From positions 1-59,983 of the forward strand of contig CACBVP010000001.1 of assembly GCA_902542795.1 (NCBI GenBank): DNA of 59,983 nucleotides. Reading direction: 5' to 3'. The notes beneath the pieces were generated by a model. The model worked only from the letters and a program-made list of their open reading frames with translations. It did not search any database and was not told where the DNA came from. Each line of letters begins with the position of its first letter. Position 1 is the first letter of the stretch. This document shows positions 33,289 to 42,659 of the stretch, one piece after another. The DNA comes from an uncultured Pelagibacteraceae bacterium. Lineage in GTDB: Bacteria; Pseudomonadota; Alphaproteobacteria; Pelagibacterales; Pelagibacteraceae. Both the position numbers and the translations under genes were made by a program.

Positions 33289-33666
33289 ATGAAAAAATTA
33301 AATTGTCACTGTAACGCTGTAGAAGCTGAAATCAATATCTCAGGAAATTTAGACAAAACTCTTAGATGCAATTGCTCGCTTTGTAAAAGAAAAGGAGCAG
33401 TAATGTCTATGGTAAAGAATGAGGATTTTAAAATAGTTAAAGGTGAAGATAAATTGAAGCTATACCAATTTCATACCAAAGTTGCTAAACATTACTTTTG
33501 TTCAGTATGTGGAATTTACACACATCATAACCCTAGATCAAATCCAGCAATGACTGGTTTTAATTTAGGCTGTGTTGATGAAGTAAATACTTTTGATCTT
33601 AAAAATGTTGCAGTTAATGATGGTCAGAACCATCCATTAGATAAACAAAAAAAGAATGGAAGATAG
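33289..33666 (+). CDS. GFA/CENP-V family protein
   Basis: CHC, CNCSLC, HYFCSVCG. Confidence 0.9.
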   Translation: MKKLNCHCNAVEAEINISGNLDKTLRCNCSLCKRKGAVMSMVKNEDFKIVKGEDKLKLYQFHTKVAKHYFCSVCGIYTHHNPRSNPAMTGFNLGCVDEVNTFDLKNVAVNDGQNHPLDKQKKNGR

Positions 33667-34573
33667 ACGTTTTAATTATAATAAAGTAAAGAAAAAATAT
33701 TTAAAATTTCTTACTTCACAAGAAGTTATGTCTGAACCATTTAGAGATAAGTTAGGGCAATTAAATAAGTTTTATTTACCAATCAGTAAAATGATCGCAG
33801 AGGATTGTCTAAAGAAAAAAAAAACAAAAGTAATTGGCTTAACTGGAGGCCAAGGAACTGGAAAATCAACAATTTCTAATATTTTAAAAATAATATTAAA
33901 AGAGGCTTATAAATTAGAAACGGTAATATTTTCAATTGATGATTTTTACAAAACTTTAAGTGAGAGAAAAAAAATTTCAAAAAAAATTAGCCCATTATTT
34001 CTAACAAGAGGTGTACCTGGTACTCATGATACTAAAATGTTGCTTCATTGTATAAATAATTTGAAAAATAATAATTTTAAAAGAATAACTATTCCTAAGT
34101 TTGACAAGTCTGTCGATGATAGATGTGCAAAAAACAAATGGTTAAAAGTTACAAAAAAACCAAATATAGTTATCTTTGAAGGATGGTGTGTTGGCGCGAC
34201 AGCACAGAAAAATAAAGATTTAAATATTCCTGTAAATAATCTAGAAAAGCATAAAGATAATAAAAGAATTTGGAGACAAAAAGTAAATTTAGAACTTAAA
34301 AAAAATTATAATAAAATTTTCAATTTGATAGACAAGTTGATTTTTTTAAAAATACCAAGTTTTAAATATGTTTTTAAATGGAGATTATTGCAAGAAAAGA
34401 AATTAAGAATTACTAGCAAAGGAAACAAAACTATGAGCGATAAGCAAATAAAAAACTTCGTTATGTATTACGAGAGAATAACTAAACATATGCTAAAAAC
34501 TCTTCCAAAAACCGCAGACACAGTAATAAGTATTGATGAAAAACATAAACTCAAATCGATAAAGTTTAATTAA
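33656..34573 (+). CDS. P-loop kinase, plant-type D-glycerate 3-kinase-like (COG4240)
   Basis: GGQGTGKST, SIDDFY, TRGVPGTHD, FEGWCVG, WRLLQE. Confidence 0.75.
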   Translation: MEDRRFNYNKVKKKYLKFLTSQEVMSEPFRDKLGQLNKFYLPISKMIAEDCLKKKKTKVIGLTGGQGTGKSTISNILKIILKEAYKLETVIFSIDDFYKTLSERKKISKKISPLFLTRGVPGTHDTKMLLHCINNLKNNNFKRITIPKFDKSVDDRCAKNKWLKVTKKPNIVIFEGWCVGATAQKNKDLNIPVNNLEKHKDNKRIWRQKVNLELKKNYNKIFNLIDKLIFLKIPSFKYVFKWRLLQEKKLRITSKGNKTMSDKQIKNFVMYYERITKHMLKTLPKTADTVISIDEKHKLKSIKFN

Positions 34574-35863
34574 ATGAAAAAATACATACCTATAATTTTT
34601 ATTTTATTTTCCTCAAGTTTTCTTCATGCTCAAGATAATTTAAAGTTTTATATTGAGAAAGCTTTAGAAAATAATTTGCAATTAAATGCCGAAAGGAAAA
34701 ATTTTGAATCTGCAAAGCAAAGTAAAAATATTTCTAGAAGTGAATTTTTGCCGAGTATTACACTTTCAGGAGATCAAACAAGCACCACTTCTACAAACAG
34801 AACTAATCAAAGTGGCGTAAGTTTAGCTGATTCTAACTCAGATAGTGAAAGTAAAAAAATCTCTGTTGATCAAAAAATATTTTCTGGATTTAAAGGTTTA
34901 AATACTTTTAAAAAATCTGAACTTGAAACTCAAAAAGCCAACTTAACTCTTAAAAAAGTTGAACAACAAACTATATTAGATACTACTTCAGCCTATTTTG
35001 ATTTAATTTTTAAATCAAAAAATGAGGAATTTAACTTATCCAATGTAAATTTATTTGAAAGACAGGTAGACTCGGATAACGCTAGAGTTCAAAAAGGAGA
35101 AATTACTTTGACAGATTTGGCTCAATCAGAATCTTCTTTAGCTGGTGCGAGAGCTAATTTAATTAAAGCAAAAACTGAGCTTTTATCTTCCAAAACAAAT
35201 TTTGAGAGAGTTACAAGAGAAAAATCACCGAATACAAAAAGCTTAAAAGAAAAGGCGCTTTTGATTTTGCCGAATTCTCTAGAAGAGTCTCTTAGTTTAG
35301 CGGATACAAGCAATATAGATCTTTTAATTTCAAAATTAGACTATGAAATAGCTGTTAAAGACTTAAAAATAGAAAGATCAAGACTCTCTCCATCTGCGTC
35401 ATTAAATTATTCAAAATCTGAAAACGATGATTTCAGTTCAAGTATAGATAAAACCGACCAAGAAACCGTTAAGGCGACGATAACTTGGCCAATAATTAAA
35501 GGAGGTGAAAACATCTCAACAATAAAGAAATCTTCTTACAATAAACAAAGGTATCAATTAATATTACAGGATACTAAAAATAGAATTAACACTGAAATTT
35601 CTAATGCTTGGTCAAAATATCAATCCTCAAAAAGCGTGCTTGAGGCGACAAGAGCACAGCTAAAAGCTGCTGAAATAGCTAATGAAGGTATTACTTTGGA
35701 GTATGACTCGGGTAATACAAGAACCACGCTTGAATTAATTCAATCCAGAAGCCTACTTCTAGATGCCAGAATAGCTTTTGCCAAATCAGAAAGAGACTTT
35801 ATCGTGTCACAATTTGAGCTCTCCAAGCAGCTTGGCTCACTATCTATTAATTCAATAAAATAG
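34574..35863 (+). CDS. tolC: TolC family outer membrane efflux protein
   Basis: Signal peptide, two OEP repeats, EYDSGNTRTTLELI. Confidence 0.85.
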   Translation: MKKYIPIIFILFSSSFLHAQDNLKFYIEKALENNLQLNAERKNFESAKQSKNISRSEFLPSITLSGDQTSTTSTNRTNQSGVSLADSNSDSESKKISVDQKIFSGFKGLNTFKKSELETQKANLTLKKVEQQTILDTTSAYFDLIFKSKNEEFNLSNVNLFERQVDSDNARVQKGEITLTDLAQSESSLAGARANLIKAKTELLSSKTNFERVTREKSPNTKSLKEKALLILPNSLEESLSLADTSNIDLLISKLDYEIAVKDLKIERSRLSPSASLNYSKSENDDFSSSIDKTDQETVKATITWPIIKGGENISTIKKSSYNKQRYQLILQDTKNRINTEISNAWSKYQSSKSVLEATRAQLKAAEIANEGITLEYDSGNTRTTLELIQSRSLLLDARIAFAKSERDFIVSQFELSKQLGSLSINSIK

Positions 35864-35900
35864 CTGATTTTAGGAGAATATTTTAACTTCTTGATAAAAA

Positions 35901-35915
35901 GAACAAAATGTGTAC
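35901..35915 (+). promoter_or_regulatory. Alphaproteobacterial LexA (SOS) box upstream of recA
   Basis: GAAC-AAAATGT-GTAC matches the GAAC-N7-G(A/T)AC direct-repeat motif. Confidence 0.75.
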
Positions 35916-35955
35916 ATTTATAGGTACGATTCGAACAATAAAAAAAGGATAAAAA

Positions 35956-37059
35956 ATGACAAAAAATAACTTAAAAATCGTAAAAACAGACGATAAGAAG
36001 CAAAAGGAATTAAAAGAAAAAAGTAAATCTCTTGAAGCAGCTATTAGCCAAATAGATCAAAATTTCGGTAAAGGTTCAGTAATGAGACTAGGGCAACAAC
36101 AAGCCTTAGATGTGGAGGCGATTTCTACAGGATCATTAAGCTTAGATTTAGCGCTTGGAATAGGCGGTTTACCAAAAGGTAGAATTATTGAGATATATGG
36201 CCCTGAATCATCAGGAAAAACTACATTAGCTTTACAAGTAGTAGCAGAAGCCCAAAAAGCTGGTGGTATATGTGCTTTTGTAGATGCAGAGCATGCTATG
36301 GATCCTGTTTATGCTAAGAAATTAGGTGTAAAAACTGAAGAACTTTTAATTTCACAACCAGATACAGGCGAACAAGCATTAGAGATAACAGATACCTTGA
36401 TTAAATCAGGATCTATTTCTGTATTGGTAGTAGACTCAGTAGCAGCACTAACACCAAAAGCTGAATTAGAAGGTGAAATGGGTGACCATCATGTTGGATT
36501 ACAATCTAGATTGATGAGTCAGGCGCTTAGAAAAATTACCGGTTCAGTTTCTAAATCCAATACAATGGTAATATTCATTAACCAAATTAGAATGAAAATA
36601 GGAGTAATGTTTGGTAATCCAGAGACAACATCTGGAGGAAATGCACTTAAGTTTTATTCATCAGTAAGAATGGATATTAGAAGAATAGGTGCAATTAAAG
36701 AAAAAGATCAAATTATTGGTAACTCAACAAGAGTTAAAGTAATTAAAAACAAAGTTGCTCCACCATTTAAAGTGGTAGAATTTGATTTAATGTATGGAAA
36801 AGGTATCAGTAAACTTGGTGAGTTAATTGATCTAGGTACTAAAGCAGCCGTGGTAGAAAAATCAGGTGCTTGGTACGCATACAAAGGTGAAAAAATTGGT
36901 CAAGGTAGAGAAAATGCAAAAATTTACCTACAAAAAAACCCCAACGTAGCAGCAGAAATAGAAAAAGTAATCAGAGATCAAGCAACTGCTATCAGCAAAG
37001 AGCTAGAGGGAAACCCATCACCAAACGAAAAAATTAACGATAAAAAAGAGGAAGAATAA
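35956..37059 (+). CDS. recA: Recombinase A
   Basis: [32 protein letters not shown]. Confidence 0.99.
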   Translation: MTKNNLKIVKTDDKKQKELKEKSKSLEAAISQIDQNFGKGSVMRLGQQQALDVEAISTGSLSLDLALGIGGLPKGRIIEIYGPESSGKTTLALQVVAEAQKAGGICAFVDAEHAMDPVYAKKLGVKTEELLISQPDTGEQALEITDTLIKSGSISVLVVDSVAALTPKAELEGEMGDHHVGLQSRLMSQALRKITGSVSKSNTMVIFINQIRMKIGVMFGNPETTSGGNALKFYSSVRMDIRRIGAIKEKDQIIGNSTRVKVIKNKVAPPFKVVEFDLMYGKGISKLGELIDLGTKAAVVEKSGAWYAYKGEKIGQGRENAKIYLQKNPNVAAEIEKVIRDQATAISKELEGNPSPNEKINDKKEEE

Positions 37060-37076
37060 TCCTCTGCCATCGAATT

Positions 37077-37105
37077 AAAACGGGAGCGTTAAAAGCTCCC
37101 GTTTT
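37077..37105 (+). terminator. recA terminator
   Basis: AAAACGGGAGC-GTTAAAA-GCTCCCGTTTT. Confidence 0.85.
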
Positions 37106-37164
37106 CTCCTAAAATTAAACAAAAACCAAATAGACAAGTAAAAAAAAATCTGTAATTTATATAT

Positions 37165-39264
37165 ATGGGTCAAATTTTACTTACAGATGTAAGAAAAAAA
37201 TTCTTAGATTATTTTAAAAAAAATAATCATCAGATCGTTGAGTCTAGTAATTTGGTTCCAAACAATGATCCTACTCTTATGTTTACTAACTCAGGCATGG
37301 TTCAATTTAAAAATGTATTTACTGGGTTAGAAAAAAGAAGTTATAAAACAGCCACAACTTCGCAAAAGTGTGTAAGAGCTGGAGGAAAACATAATGATTT
37401 AGAAAATGTAGGGTACACACCAAGACATCACACTTTTTTTGAAATGTTAGGAAATTTTTCATTCGGAGATTATTTTAAAGAGCAGGCAATTATTCATGCT
37501 TGGAACTTATTAACTAAAGATTTCCAATTACCTAAAGAAAAACTTTCTGTAACAGTTTATCATGAGGATGATGAGTCATTTAAACTTTGGAAAAAAATAG
37601 CAGGTTTAAGTGATAATAAGATAATAAAAATAGCAACTTCAGACAACTTTTGGTCAATGGGTGACACAGGTCCATGCGGACCATGTTCAGAAATTTTTTA
37701 TGATCATGGTGAAAAATTAAAAGGAGGACCTCCAGGAAGCCCAGACGCAGATGGAGATAGATTTATCGAAATATGGAATTTAGTATTCATGCAGTATGAA
37801 CAAATAACTAAAGATAAAAGAATAAATTTACCAAAACCATCAGTAGATACTGGAATGGGTCTAGAAAGAATGACAGCTGTCCTTCAAGGGACCCATGATA
37901 ATTATAAGATCGATCACTTTAAAAAAATTATGGGTGCATCTTCCGATTTATTGAAGTTACCTATAAATGAGTCAAATATTGCAAGTCATAGAGTTATTGC
38001 GGATCATTTGAGAGCAAGCAGTTTTTTAATTGCTGAAGGAATATTACCCTCTAACGAAGGAAGAGGATATGTTTTAAGAAGAATCATGAGACGTGGGATG
38101 AGACATGCTCATTCTTTAGGAAGCAAAGATCCTATTTTTTATAAATTATTTGATATTTTATTAAATGAAATGAAAAGTAGTTATCCTGAATTAATTACCG
38201 GTAAAGAATTAATAATTGAGACTTTAAAAAATGAGGAAGAAAAATTTTCTTCTCTTCTAGTACGAGGAATGAAAATTCTAGATGAAAATTTAACCAAAGT
38301 TTCAAATAAAACTTTTCCAGGACCGGTAGCATTTAAATTATATGATACTTATGGCTTCCCTTTAGACTTAACCGCCGATATTTTAAAAGGAAAAGGCATA
38401 AAAGTAGATAATGTTGGCTTTGAAAAGGAGATGGAAAAAAGTAAGGCATTAGCCAGGGCTAATTGGAAAGGCTCTGGAGACAAGGCAGTTGAGGAAAGAT
38501 GGTTTAAAATAAGAGAAAAAATGAATCCGACAGAATTTTTAGGTTATGAGTTTGATAAAGCTGAAGGTGTTGTTATTAAAATTTCAAAAGATGGTAAATT
38601 TGTAGATTCAGCTAGCACTGGAGATGAGGTAGAAGTTATTACAAACCAAACCCCATTTTACGGGGAGTCAGGAGGTCAAGTTGGTGACCAGGGTTATATT
38701 TTTAATTCAGATTGTAAAATAAAAATTAATGATACCCAAAAAAAAATGGGAGATTTATTTGTTCATTATGGAAAAATTGAAAAAGGCTCAATTAGAATTG
38801 GGCAAAACGTTAATTTAGAAATAGATCTTTCAAAAAGAAATAATTCTAAAGCTTATCATTCAGCAACTCATTTATTACATGAGTCATTAAGAAGAACTTT
38901 AGGAAAACATGTTACACAAAAAGGTTCGTTAGTTTCACCAGACAGGCTAAGATTTGATTTTAGTCATAATAAGCCTATTGAAAAAGAGGAAATGGAAAAA
39001 ATAAATAATATTGTAAACGAGATTGTAGTTGGTTCTTCTGAAGTACAAACAAGGATAATGACCCCAAAAGAAGCAGTAAGTATGGGCGCATTAGCATTAT
39101 TTGGTGAAAAATATGGTGAAGAAGTGAGAGTAGTTTTTATGGGAAAAGAAAATAACGGGTTTTTCTCAACAGAATTGTGTGGAGGTACTCACGTTAAAAA
39201 TACTAAAGAGGTTGGCAAATTTAAAGTAATAAGCCAGTCTTCAATTTCCTCAGGTACTCCGTAG
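37165..39264 (+). CDS. alaS: Alanine-tRNA ligase, truncated after SSISSG at a junction (C-Ala domain missing)
   Basis: [45 protein letters not shown]; lacks the expected GVRRIEA and the C-terminal region. Confidence 0.95.
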   Translation: MGQILLTDVRKKFLDYFKKNNHQIVESSNLVPNNDPTLMFTNSGMVQFKNVFTGLEKRSYKTATTSQKCVRAGGKHNDLENVGYTPRHHTFFEMLGNFSFGDYFKEQAIIHAWNLLTKDFQLPKEKLSVTVYHEDDESFKLWKKIAGLSDNKIIKIATSDNFWSMGDTGPCGPCSEIFYDHGEKLKGGPPGSPDADGDRFIEIWNLVFMQYEQITKDKRINLPKPSVDTGMGLERMTAVLQGTHDNYKIDHFKKIMGASSDLLKLPINESNIASHRVIADHLRASSFLIAEGILPSNEGRGYVLRRIMRRGMRHAHSLGSKDPIFYKLFDILLNEMKSSYPELITGKELIIETLKNEEEKFSSLLVRGMKILDENLTKVSNKTFPGPVAFKLYDTYGFPLDLTADILKGKGIKVDNVGFEKEMEKSKALARANWKGSGDKAVEERWFKIREKMNPTEFLGYEFDKAEGVVIKISKDGKFVDSASTGDEVEVITNQTPFYGESGGQVGDQGYIFNSDCKIKINDTQKKMGDLFVHYGKIEKGSIRIGQNVNLEIDLSKRNNSKAYHSATHLLHESLRRTLGKHVTQKGSLVSPDRLRFDFSHNKPIEKEEMEKINNIVNEIVVGSSEVQTRIMTPKEAVSMGALALFGEKYGEEVRVVFMGKENNGFFSTELCGGTHVKNTKEVGKFKVISQSSISSGTP

Positions 39265-39542
39265 GCTAAATTATAACCTACTAAGAAGAATACGAGTGAA
39301 CAAATTGCGAATTTGCCTATATTTTTCGCTGCAATCGTCGACACACTTTTAGTAGTCACCAATCCACTTTCAAGCATACAGAAACCTGCAGCCATAAAAG
39401 CAACTAGTACACCACCTAAATAAAATCCTAATGAGTTAAAAATATATTGTCCCTCTTGAGACATTGTAGTTTCTGCAAAGCTTTGAGTGCTTATAAATAT
39501 AGCAGAAATACAACCTAAAAAAATGAAAGTTAATTTTTTCAT
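39248..39542 (-). CDS. Second ammonium transporter (Amt), N-terminal fragment cut at a junction
   Basis: ATG 39542 with GGGGG RBS; [27 protein letters not shown] parallels amt1, then breaks. Confidence 0.85.
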
Positions 39543-39560
39543 GTTTCCCCCTTTTTTTGG

Positions 39561-39574
39561 ATTTGATATCAAAT
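39561..39574. promoter_or_regulatory. Perfect 14-bp palindrome just upstream of the amt2 RBS (operator candidate)
   Basis: ATTTGATATCAAAT. Confidence 0.45.
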
Positions 39575-39616
39575 TTTGAAGTTTTGAAGCATGATTTATA
39601 TGCATACGAGCATTGT

Positions 39617-39659
39617 AAAATAAATAAGGCCTGGACGGGGGAACCGAACCAGGCCTTAT
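39617..39659 (-). terminator. Rho-independent terminator of amt1
   Basis: 11-bp perfect stem ATAAGGCCTGG/CCAGGCCTTAT followed by TTATTTT on the minus strand. Confidence 0.8.
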
Positions 39660-39691
39660 AATTTTTCCCAACTAACGAGGGAGGGAATATT
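39617..39691 (-). ncRNA. Candidate amt1 3'-UTR-derived sRNA with two C-rich anti-SD loops, ending in the terminator
   Basis: UUCCC-UCCCUCGUUAGUU-GGGAA hairpin, then AUAAGGCCUGG-UUCGGUUCCCCCGU-CCAGGCCUUAU and a U-rich tail. Confidence 0.5.
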
Positions 39692-40984
39692 TTAGTCTCT
39701 TATACCGTAAGCTATTACACCTACTTCAGCTTTGTCAGTTCCGAGTCTTTCAGCTTCTTTACTGATTCTTAAACCAACTGTCTCTTTCATGATTTTGAAC
39801 ACGATTAGTGAAACCACGAATACGAAGACTACTACTGAAATTGTACCTAAGAATTGTGCTCCAAAAGTAACATCAGAGTTTGTTAAAGGAACTGCTAGTG
39901 TTCCCCATACTCCTGCTACTAAGTGAGCTGGTATTGCTCCTACAACATCATCTATTTTTAATTTAAATAGAAGTTTTGTTGAGAAATACATTAACAATCC
40001 TGCAATAGCACCGATGAAAATCGCAGCTAATGGACTTGGTGTTAACGGTTCGGCTGTAATACCTACTAAACCAGCAATTGCTCCATTTAACATCATAACC
40101 ACATCGGTTTTTCCTCCGATTAGTCTTGAAATTACTGCAGCAGCTATTACTCCGCCACCTGCAGCTAAATTAGTATTGATGTAAATAGTCGCCACTGATG
40201 ATACATCTTCTAATGTACCTGCAGCTAATTGTGATCCACCATTAAATCCAAACCAACCTAACCAAAGTATAAACACTCCTAAAGTTGCTAACGGAATTGA
40301 TGATGCCGCAAAAGGCGCCATTGGCTTTGCTTCTCCTCTACTTGAGAATCTGCCAGATCTAGCGCCAAGAATAATAGCACCAGCCAAAGCAGCAGCTCCT
40401 CCAGCAGCATGTACTAGTGTTGAACCAGCAAAGTCTGAGAAACCAGCGGCTGATAACCAACCACCACCCCATTGCCAACCCATTTCAATTGGATATATAA
40501 TTCCAGTTAAAATCGCTGCAAATAAAAAGAACGGCCAAATTTTAATTCTTTCAGCTAACGTACCAGATACGATTGACATTGTAGTGGCACAGAACACCAT
40601 TTGAAAAAACCAATCAGAACCATCTGAATAACCTGTCTCAAGTTTTGATCCATCGCTCCATGGCGTAAATGTTCCAATATATCCACCTTCTGGAATACCG
40701 TAAGCTAAATTGTAACCAACCAACCAGAACATTACTCCGGCGATTGAATATAAACCTATATTTTTTGCACAGATAGCTGATACAGATTTTGATGTTACTA
40801 ATCCTGACTCTAACATTGCGAAACCTGCGGCCATCCACATGACCAAGAAACCTGACATTAAAAATAATAGGGTATTAAATATGTATTGTACTTCTGCAGA
40901 TACTGTAGTTTCGGCATAACCTAAACCAGCAAAACCAAAGTAAATGGCTGTACCTGCTAAAAAGTAACTAATGTATTTTTTCAT
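39692..40984 (-). CDS. amtB: Ammonium transporter AmtB
   Basis: FFQMVF, SGTLAER, DFAGSTLVH, LWLGWFGFNGGS, DDVVGAIPAH. Confidence 0.96.
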   Translation of the reverse strand: MKKYISYFLAGTAIYFGFAGLGYAETTVSAEVQYIFNTLLFLMSGFLVMWMAAGFAMLESGLVTSKSVSAICAKNIGLYSIAGVMFWLVGYNLAYGIPEGGYIGTFTPWSDGSKLETGYSDGSDWFFQMVFCATTMSIVSGTLAERIKIWPFFLFAAILTGIIYPIEMGWQWGGGWLSAAGFSDFAGSTLVHAAGGAAALAGAIILGARSGRFSSRGEAKPMAPFAASSIPLATLGVFILWLGWFGFNGGSQLAAGTLEDVSSVATIYINTNLAAGGGVIAAAVISRLIGGKTDVVMMLNGAIAGLVGITAEPLTPSPLAAIFIGAIAGLLMYFSTKLLFKLKIDDVVGAIPAHLVAGVWGTLAVPLTNSDVTFGAQFLGTISVVVFVFVVSLIVFKIMKETVGLRISKEAERLGTDKAEVGVIAYGIRD

Positions 40985-41056
40985 AAGTTCTCCCTTGTTG
41001 AAGGCCTTATAGAATTTATGAATTTAAATTAGTATTGAATTGTCTTGATTTGAGCT

Positions 41057-41071
41057 ATGCAATTTTTGCAA
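41057..41071. promoter_or_regulatory. LysR-type T-N11-A dyad upstream of amt1
   Basis: ATGCAATTTTTGCAA (TGCAA-N3-TTGCA); centred ~65 bp upstream of the start predicted from -10 TATAAG at 41011-41006. Confidence 0.45.
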
Positions 41072-41075
41072 GTAG

Positions 41076-41110
41076 TTAGCCCTTATTTGAGATTTTCAAA
41101 TAAGGGCTAA
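41076..41110. terminator. 15-bp perfect stem-loop after the HU gene
   Basis: TTAGCCCTTATTTGA-GATTT-TCAAATAAGGGCTAA; no clear U tract. Confidence 0.7.
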
Positions 41111-41118
41111 ATAAACGT

Positions 41119-41394
41119 TTATCGGTTAAACATTTCTTTTAAGCTTTTAGCAGGTAAAAACTTAACTTTTTGTGATGCAGCAATTTGAATTGACTCACCC
41201 GTTCTAGGGTTTCTGCCTACTCTAGCTTTTCTTTTTGCTACTTTATAAGTACCAAAACCAGCTATTTTAACAGTATCGTCATTTTTCAACGCATCTAAAA
41301 TAATTGTCGTTATTGAATCAAAAGTTCTTTCAGCGTCAGCTTTACTTTGACCCAAAGTAGACGATATTTTTGCTACTAGTTGTTTTTTATTCAT
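41119..41394 (-). CDS. hup: DNA-binding protein HU
   Basis: MNKKQLV, GFGTY, ARVGRNPRTGE, VKFLPAKSLK. Confidence 0.96.
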   Translation of the reverse strand: MNKKQLVAKISSTLGQSKADAERTFDSITTIILDALKNDDTVKIAGFGTYKVAKRKARVGRNPRTGESIQIAASQKVKFLPAKSLKEMFNR

Positions 41395-41435
41395 TTTATG
41401 CCCCTTTTTGGTTAATTTCTAATCTCTATAAAAAA

Positions 41436-41517
41436 CCAATAAAATCAACATTTTTTTAGTGTTTCACATAAATGTTAACACAACATCTTGTAGGCTTAAA
41501 AGTATTGATTTTATTGG
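41436..41517. repeat. 13-bp inverted repeat flanking the HU promoter region
   Basis: CCAATAAAATCAA (41436-41448) / TTGATTTTATTGG (41505-41517). Confidence 0.7.
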
Positions 41518-41540
41518 CTTTTTTGATGATGATAAATGGC

Positions 41541-42659
41541 TTAAAATAAGCCTAAATCCTTAAGATCATTAAATGTAGTGAAAAACATTAAAGAAAGTAA
41601 CAAAAACAACCCGATTCGAAAAAAACCTTCCTGAGTTTTTTGAGTTAAAGGTCTACCTAATACTTTTTCAAATGCGTAAAACATCAAGTGTCCTCCGTCT
41701 AACATCGGTATTGGGAAAAGATTAATAAAACCAAGGCTAATTGAAATATAGGCCATAATACTCAAGAACGCTACAACACCAAATTTGGCAACTTGACCCG
41801 TTATCTTTGCAATTTTTATTGGGCCACCTAATTGAGAGGTGTCTCCGGTTCCTTTAATTAATGAAATTATAAAACTCCACGATGCATCTATCACAAACCA
41901 TGTTTCTTTAACTGCATAAAACAAAGCAGTAGCAGGACCTAGTCTTTCTCTTTTTATCTCTTCATTTAATGGAGTTATTTGAATACCAATTATTTTCTTA
42001 TTTATTTTATTACCTAATGTATCCTCACCATCAATAAATTTTGGCTTTACGCTAAAAGTCATTTCTCTATCATTTCTAAAAATAGAAATATCAATAACCT
42101 CTGAGGATGAAGCATTTATGAAAGCAGATACTTCCATTATGCTTTTTACTTCTTTACCATTAATACTTTTAATTATATCTCCAGATTTTATACCTGCAAC
42201 ATATGCTGGACTTTCCGGTTGTACTTCTTGAATTTGGGCTGGTGTGAAATCTTTTCCTGCAAACATATAAATAAATGCAAAAATAAAGATTGCTAATATG
42301 AAATTTGCAAATGGACCTGCAGCTACAATCAGTGATCTTTGGTATAAAGGTTTTACAACGAATAATTTTTGTTGATCCTCTTTATTATACTCTTTTAAAA
42401 GCTGCTCCTGCTCTGCCTGACTAAAAACATTTCTATCACCAAAAAACTTTACGTATCCTCCCAAAGGAATTGCACAAAATTTCCATCTTGTACCTGATTT
42501 ATCATTAAATCCAAATATTTCTTTTCCAAATCCTATAGAAAAGTCTGTTACACCTACTCCATACTTCTTAGCAAAATAATAATGCCCATATTCATGAACA
42601 AAGACAACAACAGTTAGCAAGATTAGGAATGGAATTATAAAAGATATTAGAATTTCCAT
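41541..42659 (-). CDS. rseP: RIP metalloprotease RseP
   Basis: HEYGH, GGYVKF, PDZ domain, NLFPIPMLDGGH. Confidence 0.95.
   Translation of the reverse strand: MEILISFIIPFLILLTVVVFVHEYGHYYFAKKYGVGVTDFSIGFGKEIFGFNDKSGTRWKFCAIPLGGYVKFFGDRNVFSQAEQEQLLKEYNKEDQQKLFVVKPLYQRSLIVAAGPFANFILAIFIFAFIYMFAGKDFTPAQIQEVQPESPAYVAGIKSGDIIKSINGKEVKSIMEVSAFINASSSEVIDISIFRNDREMTFSVKPKFIDGEDTLGNKINKKIIGIQITPLNEEIKRERLGPATALFYAVKETWFVIDASWSFIISLIKGTGDTSQLGGPIKIAKITGQVAKFGVVAFLSIMAYISISLGFINLFPIPMLDGGHLMFYAFEKVLGRPLTQKTQEGFFRIGLFLLLSLMFFTTFNDLKDLGLF

Noticed and set aside
37165-39264. Naturally C-Ala-less AlaRS
   Set aside because: The break falls inside a conserved motif and coincides exactly with the break in amt2; a chimera is simpler
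39189-39671. 160-aa ORF from the track
   Set aside because: Hybrid: the first 43 codons run through the terminator and promoter, and the tail is antisense alaS beyond the junction; only 39542-39248 is real amt sequence
39651-41011. AGGCCTTATA repeated on both sides of amt1 (39651, 41002)
   Set aside because: Only 10 bp, and each copy is explained by the terminator stem or the -10 element; no mobile-element evidence
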